Shown here: positions 12,391 to 26,200 of the stretch, one piece after another | Layout of the letters: each line of letters starts with the position of its first letter | How positions within the stretch are numbered: position 1 is the stretch's first letter | Source: Octopus vulgaris | Taxonomy: Eukaryota | Direction: 5' to 3' | Assembly (NCBI GenBank): GCA_951406725.2 | Contig: OX597818.1 | Coordinates: 34,534,001 to 34,598,000 of the forward strand | Length of the DNA: 64,000 nt | Program-made: the position numbers and the translations under genes | The notes under the pieces: model-generated | Seen by the model: only the letters and a program-made list of their open reading frames with translations | Databases searched by the model: none | What the model was told of the DNA's origin: nothing

Positions 12391-14221
12391 AGAAATAAAA
12401 TACAGTTTTTACCTTTGTTATGTATCTGATGGACTTTCCCGCCGATTTCAACGTATCTGCACCCAAGTTGTTCGATCAACTGAATGGTCTACTAACTGAA
12501 CTAACCTCTATTGTTATCATGTAGTAGCATCAACGTGACGCAGTGTGATAAGGCTGAATTAATATTGTATGCAGCAGTAAAGCTTTCAGTTATTTATAAA
12601 TGCAGTACACATTTTTAACTCCTTTCCCACCAACCCAAATTCATTCACAAGCGATTATATGATCTGCGACTATGGCGAAAGAATTTACCCACGTTGTCAT
12701 ATATGCGGATTGATTCCTGGGTCTGATGGTTACGAAGCATACTTAACCACTCAGCCATACCTCGTTTTGTGTCCTATATACAGATATATACAATATTATT
12801 CCAAAAATGTGTTTCAGTCCAATTGTTAAAGAGAAGAAGCGCCCGCCCTGTCTACTTCTCATCAATAAAACCGTATTTACATAGATGACACACTTTTTTT
12901 TTTCTTTTTTTTTTTTTTTTGATGTACAAAAGATAGTCCTGTGCCTGATACTGCCCTATTTCGAATGAGAGACATTGATGCTCACTAAGGATCCTGATGT
13001 GCGTAAGACTACTAGGAACGATAATTGCTCTTAATAATAAAGTCTAAATTATCATAGGCTGTTAACACAAACAAAACAATTGCTTCTAGTAGTTTAGCAG
13101 TTATGTAAGAAAATAACATTATCTGCCCCCGAGGTTACTTTGTCACATTATTGCTTAGTCACCAAGGCGGCGGGCTGGCAGAAACGTTAAACCCCGGGCG
13201 AGATGCTTAGCAGTATTTCGTCTGTCGTTACGTTCTGAGTTCAAATTCCGCCGAGGTCGACTTTGCCTGTCATCCTTTCAGGGTCGATTAAATATGTACC
13301 AATTACGCACTGGGGTCAATATAATCGACTAATCCCTTTGTCTGTCTTTGTTTGTCCTCTCTGTGTTTAGCCCCTTGTGAGTATTAAAGAAATAGGTATT
13401 TCGTCTGCCTTTACGTTCTGAGTTCAAATTCCGCCGAGGTCGACTTTGCCTGTCAGCCTTTTGGGGTCGATAAATTAAGTACCAGTTACACACTGGAATC
13501 GATGAAATTCGAATCCTAACAATCTCATTATACCTCCTTTTTCAACATACACAACCCACACAAATACAAGTTTCACGTCTTTTATGGCAATTCTCTTCAC
13601 CAAAATATAAACAACAGTTGATCTGAAGGAAGATAAATTTGAAATATAGTACTACTATACTGTAGTTTAGATATGAAAGATTTATACTTTCATACTTTAT
13701 TCCAAAATATTGGCACAATATTCTATTTATATGCACAGAATTATACATTTTCCTCCGACAAAAACCACAAGCGAATGGGACTACCTTCCATTTAGTTTTA
13801 AATAATTTCTACCTCAGACTATAAAACCCGGGATTTTCATTGCAGCATTTTCGAATATGGGAATAACAATATCTTGTTATACAGACTTATCGCTCACCCT
13901 GTTACGCTGATTGTATCTGAGAATTATGTTAAGGATACACGTGTCTGTAGAATGACAACCGCTTATACTTAAATTCTGTAAGTAGGTAATTTAGTTGATC
14001 GGACAACTGAATCCTTATCGTCGAAACTGACGGAGATCTATTTTATATTCAAGACAAATTTTACGACCCGTAGAAATTGAAGATACAATGGTTTCAAAAT
14101 TTGGCATGGGGCCAGTTATTTTAAGGAAGTGGTTAGCCGATTATATCAACCCTAGTGCTCAACTCGGAACATATTTTATCGAGTCCGAATGGACGAAAGC
14201 CAAAGTCGAAACTAAAGTATA

Positions 14222-15508
14222 TTATGTCGTCGGGTATGAAATTTGTAGTAAGGTATATGGTAAACTTTGACAGCTGCTCATTTTGCGCCATTATTATATT
14301 TTGACAATCTTAATTTTTTTGTTAGAAAGCTGATACATCTATTTCTTTTTTCTAACTCATTTTTCGCTTTATAAAGTATTTATAAATCGTTTTTGTTTTT
14401 TTTTTGCTATTTTTGTTCAGAGATGGATAAGTCGGAAATTCGTACAGTTTTGAAATATTAGTTCTTTCTTGGAAATACAGCATCACAGACAGCTCGGAAT
14501 ATTAACGGACTATTTCATTCCAATGTTATTACACTGCAGGTAATATCAAATTGGTTTGCAAAATTTCGTTCTCGTAAATTTGACTTCACATATAAGCAAC
14601 GCAATCGACCAGAAACAAAGGTGGATAATGAAGAACTGAATGCCACCGTCGAGTCAGATCCATCTCAAAGTGCCTGTGAATTATCATTGTTGTTTGGTGT
14701 TAGCATGCAAACAATATTGACTCACCTAGTTCAAATCGGTAAAGTCAAAAAGTTGAATAAGTGGGTTCCACATGAACTCAACGAACATCAGAAACAGCCG
14801 AGTTTGGAATCTGCCTTATGCTACTTTCTCGTCACAAAAATTAATCATTTTTTAATCGAATCGTAACATGTGATGAGAAATGGATCCAATACAACAACCG
14901 TAAACGTTCAGCACAATGGTTGGACAAAGATGAGCCATCAAAACAGTCCAAAAAGCAAAGTTCATCAAAAGAAGCTGATGGTGTGTGTTTGGTGGTCTGG
15001 TGCAGGTGTGATCCATTATGATTTCATTAAACCTGGCTCATCAGTCACGGCCGAAGTATACTGCTGCCAACTGGACCAAATGATGGAGAAACTTATAAAA
15101 AAAACAGCCTAGATAAGTCAACCGATCTACTCCTATTTTATTGCAAGACAACGCCAGAACACACATTGCAAAAATGACATTGGCGAAACTACAAGAGTTG
15201 GAGGTTCTCCACCATCCACCATACTCACGTGACTACCTCTTTGGATAACTTTTTAATAGTTGAATTTGGATAACTTTTTAATAGGAAAAAATTTTAATTC
15301 CACCGGTGCTGTAAAACAGGCCTTCCAAGATTTTATTGACTCTAGATTGCCAGACTTTTACAGTTCCGGGCTGGACAAGCTACCGTTGAAAAAGCAGAAG
15401 CGTATTGACAATATGGGTGCAAGCTTTGATGAATAAAACTATTCCTTGTATTTATAAAACATTAGCAAACTTTTTTCTTTTCTACAAATTTCATACTTGA
15501 CGACCTAA
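14222..15508 (+). mobile_element. Full-length decayed mariner transposon
   Basis: ~28 bp TIRs, TA TSD, 1287 bp; transposase from ~14423 with WVPHEL, CDEKW, LQDNAR and HPPYS motifs, broken by stops and frameshifts. Confidence 0.93.
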
Positions 15509-17942
15509 TAGCTATGAATAAAAGATACGTAGATTATGAATTTTCATTGAGGGATGGGATCTCGAAACAAAAAATCGCAGGGGTTCTCTAAAAGTCACGC
15601 GACTAAACTGATGCTAAGTATGAGAACTTTTGCCCGAAGTAAAATTTATGCGTGCATTAGTTACGTGCATGCTGATAAGCTAATCCTAACATTCTGTAAA
15701 CAAGAAACAATGAACTTTAATCTTTATTAATCCATCTTATCAGCATTTTATGCGGTCAGTTTGTACCTTATCTCAGATTTGAATAAAGTTAGGTGATGTA
15801 GAGTAACTGTTAGATCTATTTTCTTTGCTTCTTTCTCCTTCTTCTGTAATTAGTTCATACAAATAAAGTATTTTTCTCACAGTGATACAAAGCCAAATGA
15901 ATCTCATTTGTTATGGTGAATTTTGAACTCACCGCAGTAAAAACAACAAGCAGGTAGAATCGTTGGAGCATCGGAAAAATTCCATGTGGCATTTGATCCC
16001 GTTCTTTACGTTCTGATTTCGTATTCCGCCGTGGTTATCTTTGTTTTTCATTTCTCCGAGGTCGATGAAATAAAGTACCATTTAAGTATTCGGGTCGGTG
16101 GTGTCGACTAAACACCTCCCCTAAAAATTGCTGTATAGTGGTTCAAACCCTAACCGCAATATCCTCCGTTAGGCAGTTTCACGTGACTGATCAATAAGTC
16201 GACCAATCAGCGTGAAACTGTGTCGTAATACGACTTCTTGGATGTTCTAGAATCTACCCTCTTTCCACCCAGTGGAAATCGTTTGGTGCCTAATTCACTT
16301 GGCAGTCGACCTCCGACTTTCGTGCAGCTGGTTTTAGACTTTGGACTTTCGCGCAGACGACTTCGGATACTCTGACAGACCGATTCTGAATCTTCACACA
16401 ATGTCCCATCTTACGGATGCAGCACGGTTTCCTCAACTCTCAGTCTCAATTATATTATTAGCACCTTTGATTGTAAATAGCCAACACAAAATATATCCGT
16501 CAATGAATATTAAAGTTAAGGGTACGTGAGTTTGCTTCAATTATTCTACACGCAGCTTTCTCCTGATAAACGAAGGTCCAGCAAAGATACGATATCCGCG
16601 ACACGAAGAAACAAGCGACAATAAACCCTTCATAACAACTGTCCTGCCGGTAATATCAGAAACATTGTTAATCTAACGAAGTTCAAATGTGTTCACAAAA
16701 ATAAATTCGTTGCGCAATTCTACCAGTGCTGTATCGTGAGTGGGTCCACAGGAGCGGTTGTTCTGGGCACACACACTATATATATATATATATATATATG
16801 GTTTGTAATACTTACCTTGCTCCAGGCGCTGGCAATCCAGTTTATGACACTGAATCATGCAATTAATTCAGTATATTTGTTTCACGTTGTCTCAGAGCAT
16901 AAGCAGTACGTTTTATTTAAGTTTGTATTAACCTGCTTTGTGCAACGAGCATTATAACACCGTCCTCTACAGGACCGCCACATTTAGTTGGCAAATACAG
17001 GCATACCTCACCCTACGTTGTTAATTGATTCCAGGAGACACGACTTAAGTCGAAAAACGACTGAAGCCGAATTAACTTGTCTCTAAGCTAGGCTAGGCCG
17101 AATTAACTTGTCTCTAGGCTAGGCTAGGCCGAATTTACTCGTCTCTAGGCTAAACCGATAATAAGGGTATCTTTTTTCTTCACAAATGTAAATAAACCCA
17201 ATCTGTTTTTTAAAGGAGGGACATATTCATTATGCACAGAATGTTATTTACCTAAATGGACGCCAGTGATTGGTTAAAATTGCCGAAATGCAAGAAATTA
17301 AAGACGAAATATGTTGCAACCTATAGAATTTTCTCAATAAAGCCAAGAGAAAATGATGTTTTATAAACACATTCTACCAGTATACGAAGTTTAAAACTTT
17401 TTAGTTACCTAGAAATTATGTTACAAAGTGCCGTTCAAAAGGAAAAGATCCTTTTTTTTTTTTTAAACAAAGTAAATAAAACAAAAACACAAAGTAAGGA
17501 TCGACTAGACACATCTAGCTAGCCCCGCTACGCGAGTGCGCGCACCAGGACCATTCTTCTTCAATAGTACCTGTTTATCGCATGTAACGTGTTGTTTATC
17601 GCATTTGCATTAAGTGTATGTTGAATGTTTAAATGATTTTTTACTCGCTTCTTTTTGTCATTGAGCATTGAGGTACTTGTGAGGTGTGCTAAAATTAACT
17701 GCTAGATAAGATTTGGGGGATAAATCTTTTGAATTAACATAAACATTTATTTACATGAAAGAAAATAACCGGAAACATAACACGTATTGTTTACAAATAT
17801 TGACAACACGTGCTATTTTCAGGATGTTGACGCACAAAATGTCAGCTTCCAAATCCTGTTTCCTGAGTGGGTGAAAATGATCAAACTTTAAACCTCTATA
17901 ACTTTTTAAAAGCAATTTTCTGGGGAATAAATGAAATAACTC

Positions 17943-18811
17943 GGATCTTTTCCCTTTGAACGGCAGATCGAGAAATGTAATTTTTGTAACTAAACACTTT
18001 CAAACTTCGGACACTGGTAGAATGTGTCATATAAAAGATCTTTTACTCTTAGTGTTTTTGAGAAACGTTTCTGTTTACGAAGTTATTTCGTGTTAAAGTT
18101 GTCGTATTTCGGTAATTTCAACCAATCAATGACGTGTATTCAGCTGAATAAAATTACTGCCGTTGTTTGTCAATAACAACTATCGGTGGTGTACATTTCA
18201 TTTGTCACTGTTATTTACGACATATTTCATCTCAGTTACGTTTGTATGAATAAATGAGTGTATCTGAAGCATGTTTACTTCATGGTACTACCATAATCGT
18301 TCGTGCATTTCTACTGCTTTTAGTTGTTTTTTCTGTTTTTAAGCTACTATTTCCAGAAAGACTTTCCCCACTCACTCTCCAATTTCTTCATTTTCACTTT
18401 TTTCTGTAACTCTAACCCTAAAACCCCAACCCTAACCCTAACCCTAAAACCTTAACCCTTACCCTAAAACCCAAACCCTAACCCTAACCCTAAAACCAAC
18501 CCTAAAACCAAAACCAGTACAAACGCACGAACGATGTCATAAATAACAGTAACAAACAAAATATACACCGCCGATAGTTGTTGACAAACAACGGCAGTAA
18601 TTTTATTCAGTTGAATACACGTCATTGATTGGTTGAAATTACCGAAATACGACAACTTTGACACGAAATAACTTCGTAAATAGAAACTTTTCTCAAAAAC
18701 GCTAAGAGTAAATGATGTTTTATATGACACATTCTACCAGTGTCCGAAGTTTGAAAGTGTTTAGTTACAAAAGAATTAATTTCTCGATCTGCCGTTCAAA
18801 GGGAAAAGATC
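17943..18811. mobile_element. Fold-back MITE with ~280 bp TIRs (GGATCTTTTCCCTTTGAACGGCAG) and central degenerate (CCCTAA)n
   Basis: 17943-18225 mirrors 18530-18811; telomere-like tract at ~18410-18510. Confidence 0.85.
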
Positions 18812-19720
18812 TTAATTCTCAGATACATTCAGCGTAACAGGGTGAGCGATAAGTCTGTATAACAAGATATTGTTATTTCCATATTCGAAAATGCTGCAAA
18901 GAAAATCCCGGGTTTTATAATCTAAGGTAGAAATTATTTAAAACTAAATGGAAGGTAGCCCCATTCGCTTGTAGATTTTGTCGGAGGAAAATGTATAATT
19001 CTGTGCATATAAATAGAATATTGTGCCAATATTTTGGAATAAAGTGTGAAAGTATAAATCTCTCATATCTAAACTACAGTATACTAGTACTATATTCCAA
19101 CTTTATCTTCCTTCAGATCAACTGTTGTTTATATTTTGATGAAAAGAATTTCTATAAAGGATGTGAAACTTGTATTTGTGTGGGTTGTGTATGTTGAAAA
19201 TGGAGGTATAATAAGATTGTTAGGATTCAAATTTCAACCAGTCAGTTGAAGATCACGACAAAACGACGACAGTTTCACAGAAATCGACCAATCAGCGTGG
19301 AGCTGTGGCGTGACATAGCTCTTCTGATGACCTAAAATTCACCACCTTCTCACTCTATAAAAACCATTTGGCGCTTGCCTCAGGCGGACCTTGAACACTC
19401 ATAGAAAGCTGACCACTAAGACCGAGTCACCTCCGGCAAGAAACGATTTTGAACACTCACACGCGACGTATTACAGCTAGCGTTCTACAAGACACAGCGC
19501 AGTTCTCTCCTCTCAGTCATCGGTCATAATACCAGCATCTTTCTTTTGTGAATAGCCAACGCAATAAATCATGTCCAGCAATAAATAAGTTAAAAGTTTA
19601 AAGTTCGTGAGTTGCTTCGTTTATTAATCACACAGCCAGCTGGGCCTCACGATTATGGTCTTCAACCACACCGTACACATTCAACATTGCGATCTCAAAG
19701 CAACGGTGACTAAGCAATAA

Positions 19721-20150
19721 CCCTTTCTACTATAGGCACAAGGCCTGAAATTTGTGAGGAGAGGACTAGTCGATTACATCGACCCCAGTGTTTCACTGGT
19801 ACTCAATTTATCGACCCTGAAAGGATGAAAGGTAAAGTCGACCTCGGCGGAATTTGAATTCAGAACGTTGTGAAATACCGCTAAGCATTTTGTCCAGCGC
19901 GCTAACGATTCTTATTTCTTTGTTGCCCACAAGGGGCTTTGTTGCCCACAGAGAAGACAAACAAGGACAGACAAACGGATTAAGTTGATTATATCGACCC
20001 CAGTGCATAACTGGTACTTATTTAATCGACCCCGAAAGGATGAAAGGCAAAGTCGACCTCGGCGAAATTTGAACTCAGAACGTAACGGCAGACGAAATAC
20101 CGCTAAGCATTTCGCCCGGCGTGCTAACGTTTCTACCAGCTCGCTACCTT
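19721..20150 (-). mobile_element. Dimeric tRNA-derived SINE with 16 bp TSD
   Basis: TSD GGTGACTAAGCAATAA at 19705-19720 and 20151-20166; truncated paralogous copy at ~13165-13503. Confidence 0.85.
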
Positions 20151-20204
20151 GGTGACTAAGCAATAATGTGACATTGGTGACAAAATAACCTCGCGGACAG
20201 ATAA

Positions 20205-22409
20205 CACAATGTAACACATGTTTGGTTTTTTTGTATTTTTTAATGTTCATATATGCATTTTTCGCCACTAAATTCTAAAATCATATTCGTTTTGACGTAA
20301 CATCGATAGTTATTTATTTATTTATTCCTAATTTCATATTTACTCGTTATATTTGTAACTTTTCTCTACGGCACTTTGCTGGTTCAATCTATTCTAGTAT
20401 TGTAAGGATAATTATACAACATTTAGTACTTTTCCATATATTGAAAGATATTTAGGATGTATAATATTAGAACAAAAAGAAACTCTAACATTCTGCGCTG
20501 TAAATGCCTTGATAACTCTTTTTTTAAGATGCGAAGTGCTTTGACGATCGAGATTTTCTGGAGTGTATACCTTCATCTCTTCAGACTAGAGAGCATATAT
20601 TATCTCCCATTATAGCAGTATCCCATCGTCCTTGGTATCTTCTTTCCATAGTTGCGATGTCCTGATGAAATCTCTCAACATGCTCCTCACTGACATCGAC
20701 CAAGTTTTCGTGGGAGAAATCTAAAAAATGAACCTTTAAGGACATATAACCCATCCCATTTTCTTGAAGTTTTCAATAGGCTTTGCTACCAGCTGTTTAT
20801 AATTAGGATCCTTCTGATTTCCTAGGAATCTACGAACTACATCACGAAATGTACACCAAGCTTCTTTTTCAACTTTTGTTATCGCTCTTTCTAGTTTCTT
20901 CGACTTTCACATTGCATTTACTTGGAGCCCAACAAATATGCCACCCTTGATCTTATCCTCAGCTTTGGAAACGTAAGACAAGTTTCTTGAAAAGCGTCTC
21001 CTCTAAAATCTAAGGTCTTCACAAACTGTTTTACCAATCCGAGTTTGATATGAAGTGGGGGTAATAAGATTTTGTTGGAACCTACTAGAGGCTGTTTGAG
21101 AACATTTAACATTCCTGGCTGCAGTTCCACTGGTGGGGGGGGGGCAATGTACTCACTTGTAATGATCATCATCAGCTCTGCTGTCCTATAAGCATAGGAA
21201 ACATGAATACTTTGTGTATCATCTTTTGCAAACCAAGCAAGAAGGCAAGCATCTTGAAATCACCACAAACATCCCACTTGAACTCAGCGTAATTCATTTT
21301 GTCGAGAAGTTCTTTGACATTATCGCAATTTTCTTTCTTCTGTATGGAGTGTGCAAGAGGCAAAGAAGGATATTTATTTCCATTGTGGAGCAACACTGCT
21401 TTGAGACTTCGTGTTGAGCTATCTATGAACAGTCGCCATTCTGAAGAATTATGCTTGAGTCCAATAGCAGTAAACAAACCAATCACACCTTTACAAAAAC
21501 ACAGATCATTAATATTTTCATAGTAAATTTCAAATTCTTCATGGCGTTTCCGGTACACAGATATCTTGCAGTCTTCCCCCAGGTGATTCCATTCCTTCAA
21601 CCTTGATGAAAGAAGTTCAGCTCCTGACTTAGTAAGACCCAGATCCCTGATTAAATCATCTAGCTCACTCTGATTTGGAAAGTGAGGCTCCGAAGTCATT
21701 CTTGGTACGAAAGCTTCCTCCATTTCTTGGTTGCTGCTACTTGACTCTTCAGATGAAATATTTTCTGGTGGTAGTGGTACTCGTAAACTCATCATGTGGG
21801 ACAGGTGCTCTAGATGATGATATGTCCGGATATTGAAGAGCTTGTCTTCTTTTCACTTTTCTGTACTTTGTCACAGCGATCATACAAAAGTAACAGTCAT
21901 CGTGATGTTTCTTTGGCTCTCTCCATACCCTTGCAATGGCAAAAGGCATTGACCTTCCTGTACCTCTTAACCATCCTTTTAGAGTAGATCGACAGCTTCC
22001 ACATATCACATGTGGGGCCCATGGTTTGTCCTGGTCACCCATGGGCATTTCGAAATAGAGTCTGTACGCTATCCACAATTTGGCACCTTTCATGATCTTA
22101 TGTAATACCTGCTTTTTCCAATACAATAACCACACACACAGCCAAATGTATTTGGAGAATTTTTACATACTCTAGTAGCCATCCTGAAAGTAACAGAACT
22201 TTGTTATTGGTCTGAAAGAGAAAATTAGATATACATTTAGTAGCGGAACATTATAACAATACCGAATATATAATAACATAGAAAGTCGACATATTTTTGT
22301 AACTGTAGATGATACACAAAAAATAATTTCCTTTTTGGAATCAGCAGAAAGACTGGATTGATAAACAATAAAAAAATACAATAAACATTTTTTTAATTGT
22401 TACGCTGTG
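20205..22409 (-). mobile_element. Chapaev3-like (CMC) DNA transposon, frameshifted transposase
   Basis: CACAATGTAACA/TGTTACGCTGTG TIRs; TAA TSD confirmed by the empty site at ~13120; peptides QDKPWAPH, WREP..HHDDCYFC, WRLFIDSS, LPPLHIKLGL and ERFHQDI spread over several frames. Superfamily assignment rests on recalled motifs and TSD. Confidence 0.8.
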
Positions 22410-23244
22410 TAATGTTATCTATCTCCTTACATAACTGCTGACCTACTATAAGAGATTGTTTTGTTTGTGCTAACAGCCTATGATAATTTGGTTTGTTTTC
22501 GATACTTCATTATTAGTAGCAGCTATTGTTCCTAGTGGTCTTACGCACATCCGGCACCCTAGTGAGCATCAATGTCTCTCATCCGAAATAGGGCAGTATC
22601 AGGTACAGGACTATTTTTAGTGCATTAAAAAAAAATTGAAGTGTGTCATATATGCAAATACGGATTTATTGATTAGAAGTAGACAGGGCGGGCGCTTCAT
22701 CGGTTTAGCAATTGGACTGAAAAGCATATATGGAATAATATTATATATATCTATAGGACAGAAAATTAGGTGTGACTGAGTGGTTAAGTGTGCTTTGTAA
22801 CCATCAGATCCCGGAATCAATCCGCATGTATGACAACGTGGGTAAATTCTTTCGCCATAGTCGCGGATCATATAATCGCTTGTGAATGAATTTGGGTTGG
22901 CGGGAACGGAGTTAAAAATGTGTACTACATTATAAATAACTGAAAGCTTTACTGCAGTATACGATATTAATTCAGCCTTATCACACTGCGCCACGTTGAT
23001 TCTAATTGATAACGAGGATTCTACTTGATAAGAGTAGAGGTTAGTTCAGTTAGTTGATGAACAACTTGGGTGCAGATACGTTGAAATCACCGGGAAAGTT
23101 CAACAAAGGTAAAAACATTAAGTGTATTTTATTTCTAATTTGCGTAACTCGTTTTATTTCGTTTTGTTTTCCCTGAATACATATAGTAACACTTCGATAA
23201 AACTATAATATATATTTTGTTCCTGACACAACGGGCCGTTTTTG

Positions 23245-26200
23245 GTGTGGGTGAGATCAAACAAGAGGCGGTGCCCATAACCGCTGACATTGAGTTAGCG
23301 GGAGGAAGGTATCCTCAAACTAAAAACTGGCCTGAATGCTTCCAACACACATAACGAACTCCGTTAAAAATACTCCAGGTGGCAAGTTAAGTCTACCACC
23401 CAAGTAGCCCATTGCGTGTTTTTGAACTCAAAGCGTGAAAAGTCGGAACAAATACCGCAAGGCATCCGGTGCTATGTTCTTACAGTTCTGTTTTTGGTTT
23501 GGTACTTACTTTGTCGATTCCGAAAGGATGACACTACCTCCAGCGCCATTCTTTCACCACCACTACCTTCCCCGTCTGAATTCTAATTCTAAAGCTGACC
23601 CCACTAATACTGCCAGTTCACCTCCAAGCATGTTCTCTATTTGAAGACCATCAAATGCCACTTGTGTAGTTTAAGGTACCACAGGAGCTGAGTCGGCATC
23701 ATTAAGGTTCAAGCCGAAAGTTTTTCTAACTGGACATGCAACTGATGTCACTTCAGCTCTGACATCCTTAGTAGGACAGAAGAACCTTGCTCTGAATTCC
23801 AGATCCCTGGGTTTATCCAAGCTGAAGCTTGTCAATCGGATCCCTAAGGGTGCTCGGACTTGTTTCGCCCCTGTTCTCTCGAAACTACTGAAGAACTTCT
23901 GCCTATCCAACAACACATCGAATTGGCAGGAACTGTCTCTGTTCCCTTTTGGTCTTCCTCCACGTGTCGAATGGGAATAGTGGATCCCTAACTTCTTCCC
24001 TGAAACAGCAGTTCGAGCTGCTTGAATCTACCCCAACCACTGTTTGTCTCAGGTCGGTCGTCAGCTCTACCCCGAACAACGGTCAACCACCTAATCAGAA
24101 TGCTGATAATGCCAATTCAGCGAATTTTATATTAAAGGAGCTGTTCGCCTTCTTTCGTTTCTGTCCTCTTTCGTCCCGTGTACCACAGACCCCGCTCTAC
24201 CAACTGAAGAAGAAACATTCTCCGGCCCCAACAGATGATCACCTACACTGCTCCGATCCACCAAATTTTCTACAACCCATCTTCACCCCTGACAATGTCA
24301 GAAGAGCAACTGCTTCTTTTCCAGCAGGTTCTGGCGCTGGGATCGATGGCTTATGAATTCAGCATCTCAAGGGTGGTATCTCCCTGTCAGCTGGTGATGT
24401 TGGGCTCGAACTCTTGGAGAACCGAATACAGTTCATAAACTTGTTCTCATCCGAAAGTATCCATGCCTACATTCATCCCCTGTTCTTTGAGGTCAGACTA
24501 TTTGGTCTCACCAAGCCCAACGATGACCTCCGCCCCATAACAGTTGGTTGTACTCTACAACAGCTCACAGCAAAAGTGTGCCTGTCCTCAGTTTCTCAGT
24601 GCCTGACCGAGGAATTTCCTCCTATTCAGTTAGGAGTGGATACTAAGCTAGGTTGTGATGCTGTTTCTCATACCACCGGGACTTTCACCAACTTACCCTC
24701 TGAGTCCCCAAAGGTCATTCTCAAACTTGACCATAAAAATGCTTTTAACTCCATCAGTCAAGATTTCATCCTCTGCACAGTAAAGGAGAATTCCCCACCA
24801 CTTTATCCCTTTGCTTGGTAAGCCTATCAGGAGCCCTCCTACCTCTCCTTTGGTGACCACCTCATTCCATCTGCCTCTGGAGTCCAACGGGGTGATCCAC
24901 TTGGTCCTGCCCGATTTACATTGGGTATTGAGGATATCAACAAGATGGGAGTCGTCCTAGACCTAAATGTTTGGTACCTCGATTATGCTTGTTTGGGAGG
25001 CTCTCCTGACAAAGTCATTGCAACTGCGAGGGCGATGATCGGGGAACTTAGTCGTAGAGGTCTTAGCTCCTCAACCACTCAGTTTCGCATGAGCAGACTA
25101 CTAAACTATTTGTTGACTCCCTCCCCTATCGTGATTCCTCCTTCATGAGCGTGGTGCTCGTTTGGAGCCTCAATTACTGACCTAACTTTCGAGTCCATCT
25201 TTTGATTCGAAATGGTTAACCTCGAACAACATTTAGAAAACTTTGAAGTAACTGAACCACACAAAGGCTTTTTTGTACTTTTTTTTTTTTGATTCCTGTC
25301 ATCCCTCCAATACTTTGACGACCAAATTTTCAGGAAACTCGAATGCTTGGTCAACGTCAAACTCACGCCAGACTCCCGCAACCAAGCTGCTTTGCCAAAA
25401 CGGTTTGGGGTCTAGATCTGCGCAAGTGCTCCTTTTTTTTTTTATCTCTTCCCTATTTTCCTTTCTCCATCTACGCTTGCTCATCTTTGGTAGGCAACAT
25501 CTTCTCTTCTCCAACATGGTCTAATTCCAACAGGGAGATGGATGAAGCTCTATGACAGTGGAGGGAGCTGGGTTTGTCAGTTCCGGTTACAGTGGAGGAT
25601 AGATGGAAACAGAGGGTATAGGACAATATGCGTTCAGGTACCACTTTCAACTTTCTCCTTCATCAATCTGATCAATTTTCAAGGTGTCGCCTACTTTCAG
25701 CTTGTGCAAAATTCTCAGGGAACTGGATTGATGTCTTGCCTGTGGCCAACATTCGAGGTCTACTCAGTCTAGATGAGTTCCGCATTTCCCTCGCACTCAG
25801 AGTGGAAGCTAACGTCTGCAAGGGACTGAGATGTCGCTGTGGTAGGCTCCCGCGACCGCACAAGTTCACGGTGTGTCTTGCGCCTAAATGCTGGTCGTTT
25901 CGCTTGTCACACCGAGCAAAATTTAATCATTAAGCGAGCCCTCAGTTCTGGAGCCGTCGGAGTTATCCAGAAGTCATATCCCTGGGTTAGAAGTAGGTGC
26001 TTCATTTGCGATACCACAGTCTGCGACTCCTTTGCTTCCTCCCATATCTTGGATGCTACAGTTAAGGGGAGGGTCACTGCTTCCGTAGCCGAGAGGAAGA
26101 AAAGCCCTGAGTTATCGGAACCTGGGTTAGAAGTAGGTGCCTCATTTGGGATACCACAGTCTGCGACTCCTTTGCTTCCTCCCATATCCTGGATGCTACA

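Larger units (their letters stand above)
305..13926 (-). repeat. Left arm of large inverted segmental duplication
   Basis: Collinear reverse-complement homology to ~18813-38235, e.g. paired ORFs 2301/35938, 2909/35279, 6714/32296, 8161/30860 and 13542/18991. Confidence 0.95.

Noticed and set aside
17066-17152. 31 bp repeat CCGAATTAACTTGTCTCTAGGCTAGGCTAGG, ~2.7 copies
   Set aside because: Simple tandem repeat next to a MITE fragment; no spacers or other functional evidence.
18405-18515. True telomere or chromosome fusion point
   Set aside because: Short, degenerate, single orientation and enclosed by transposon TIRs.
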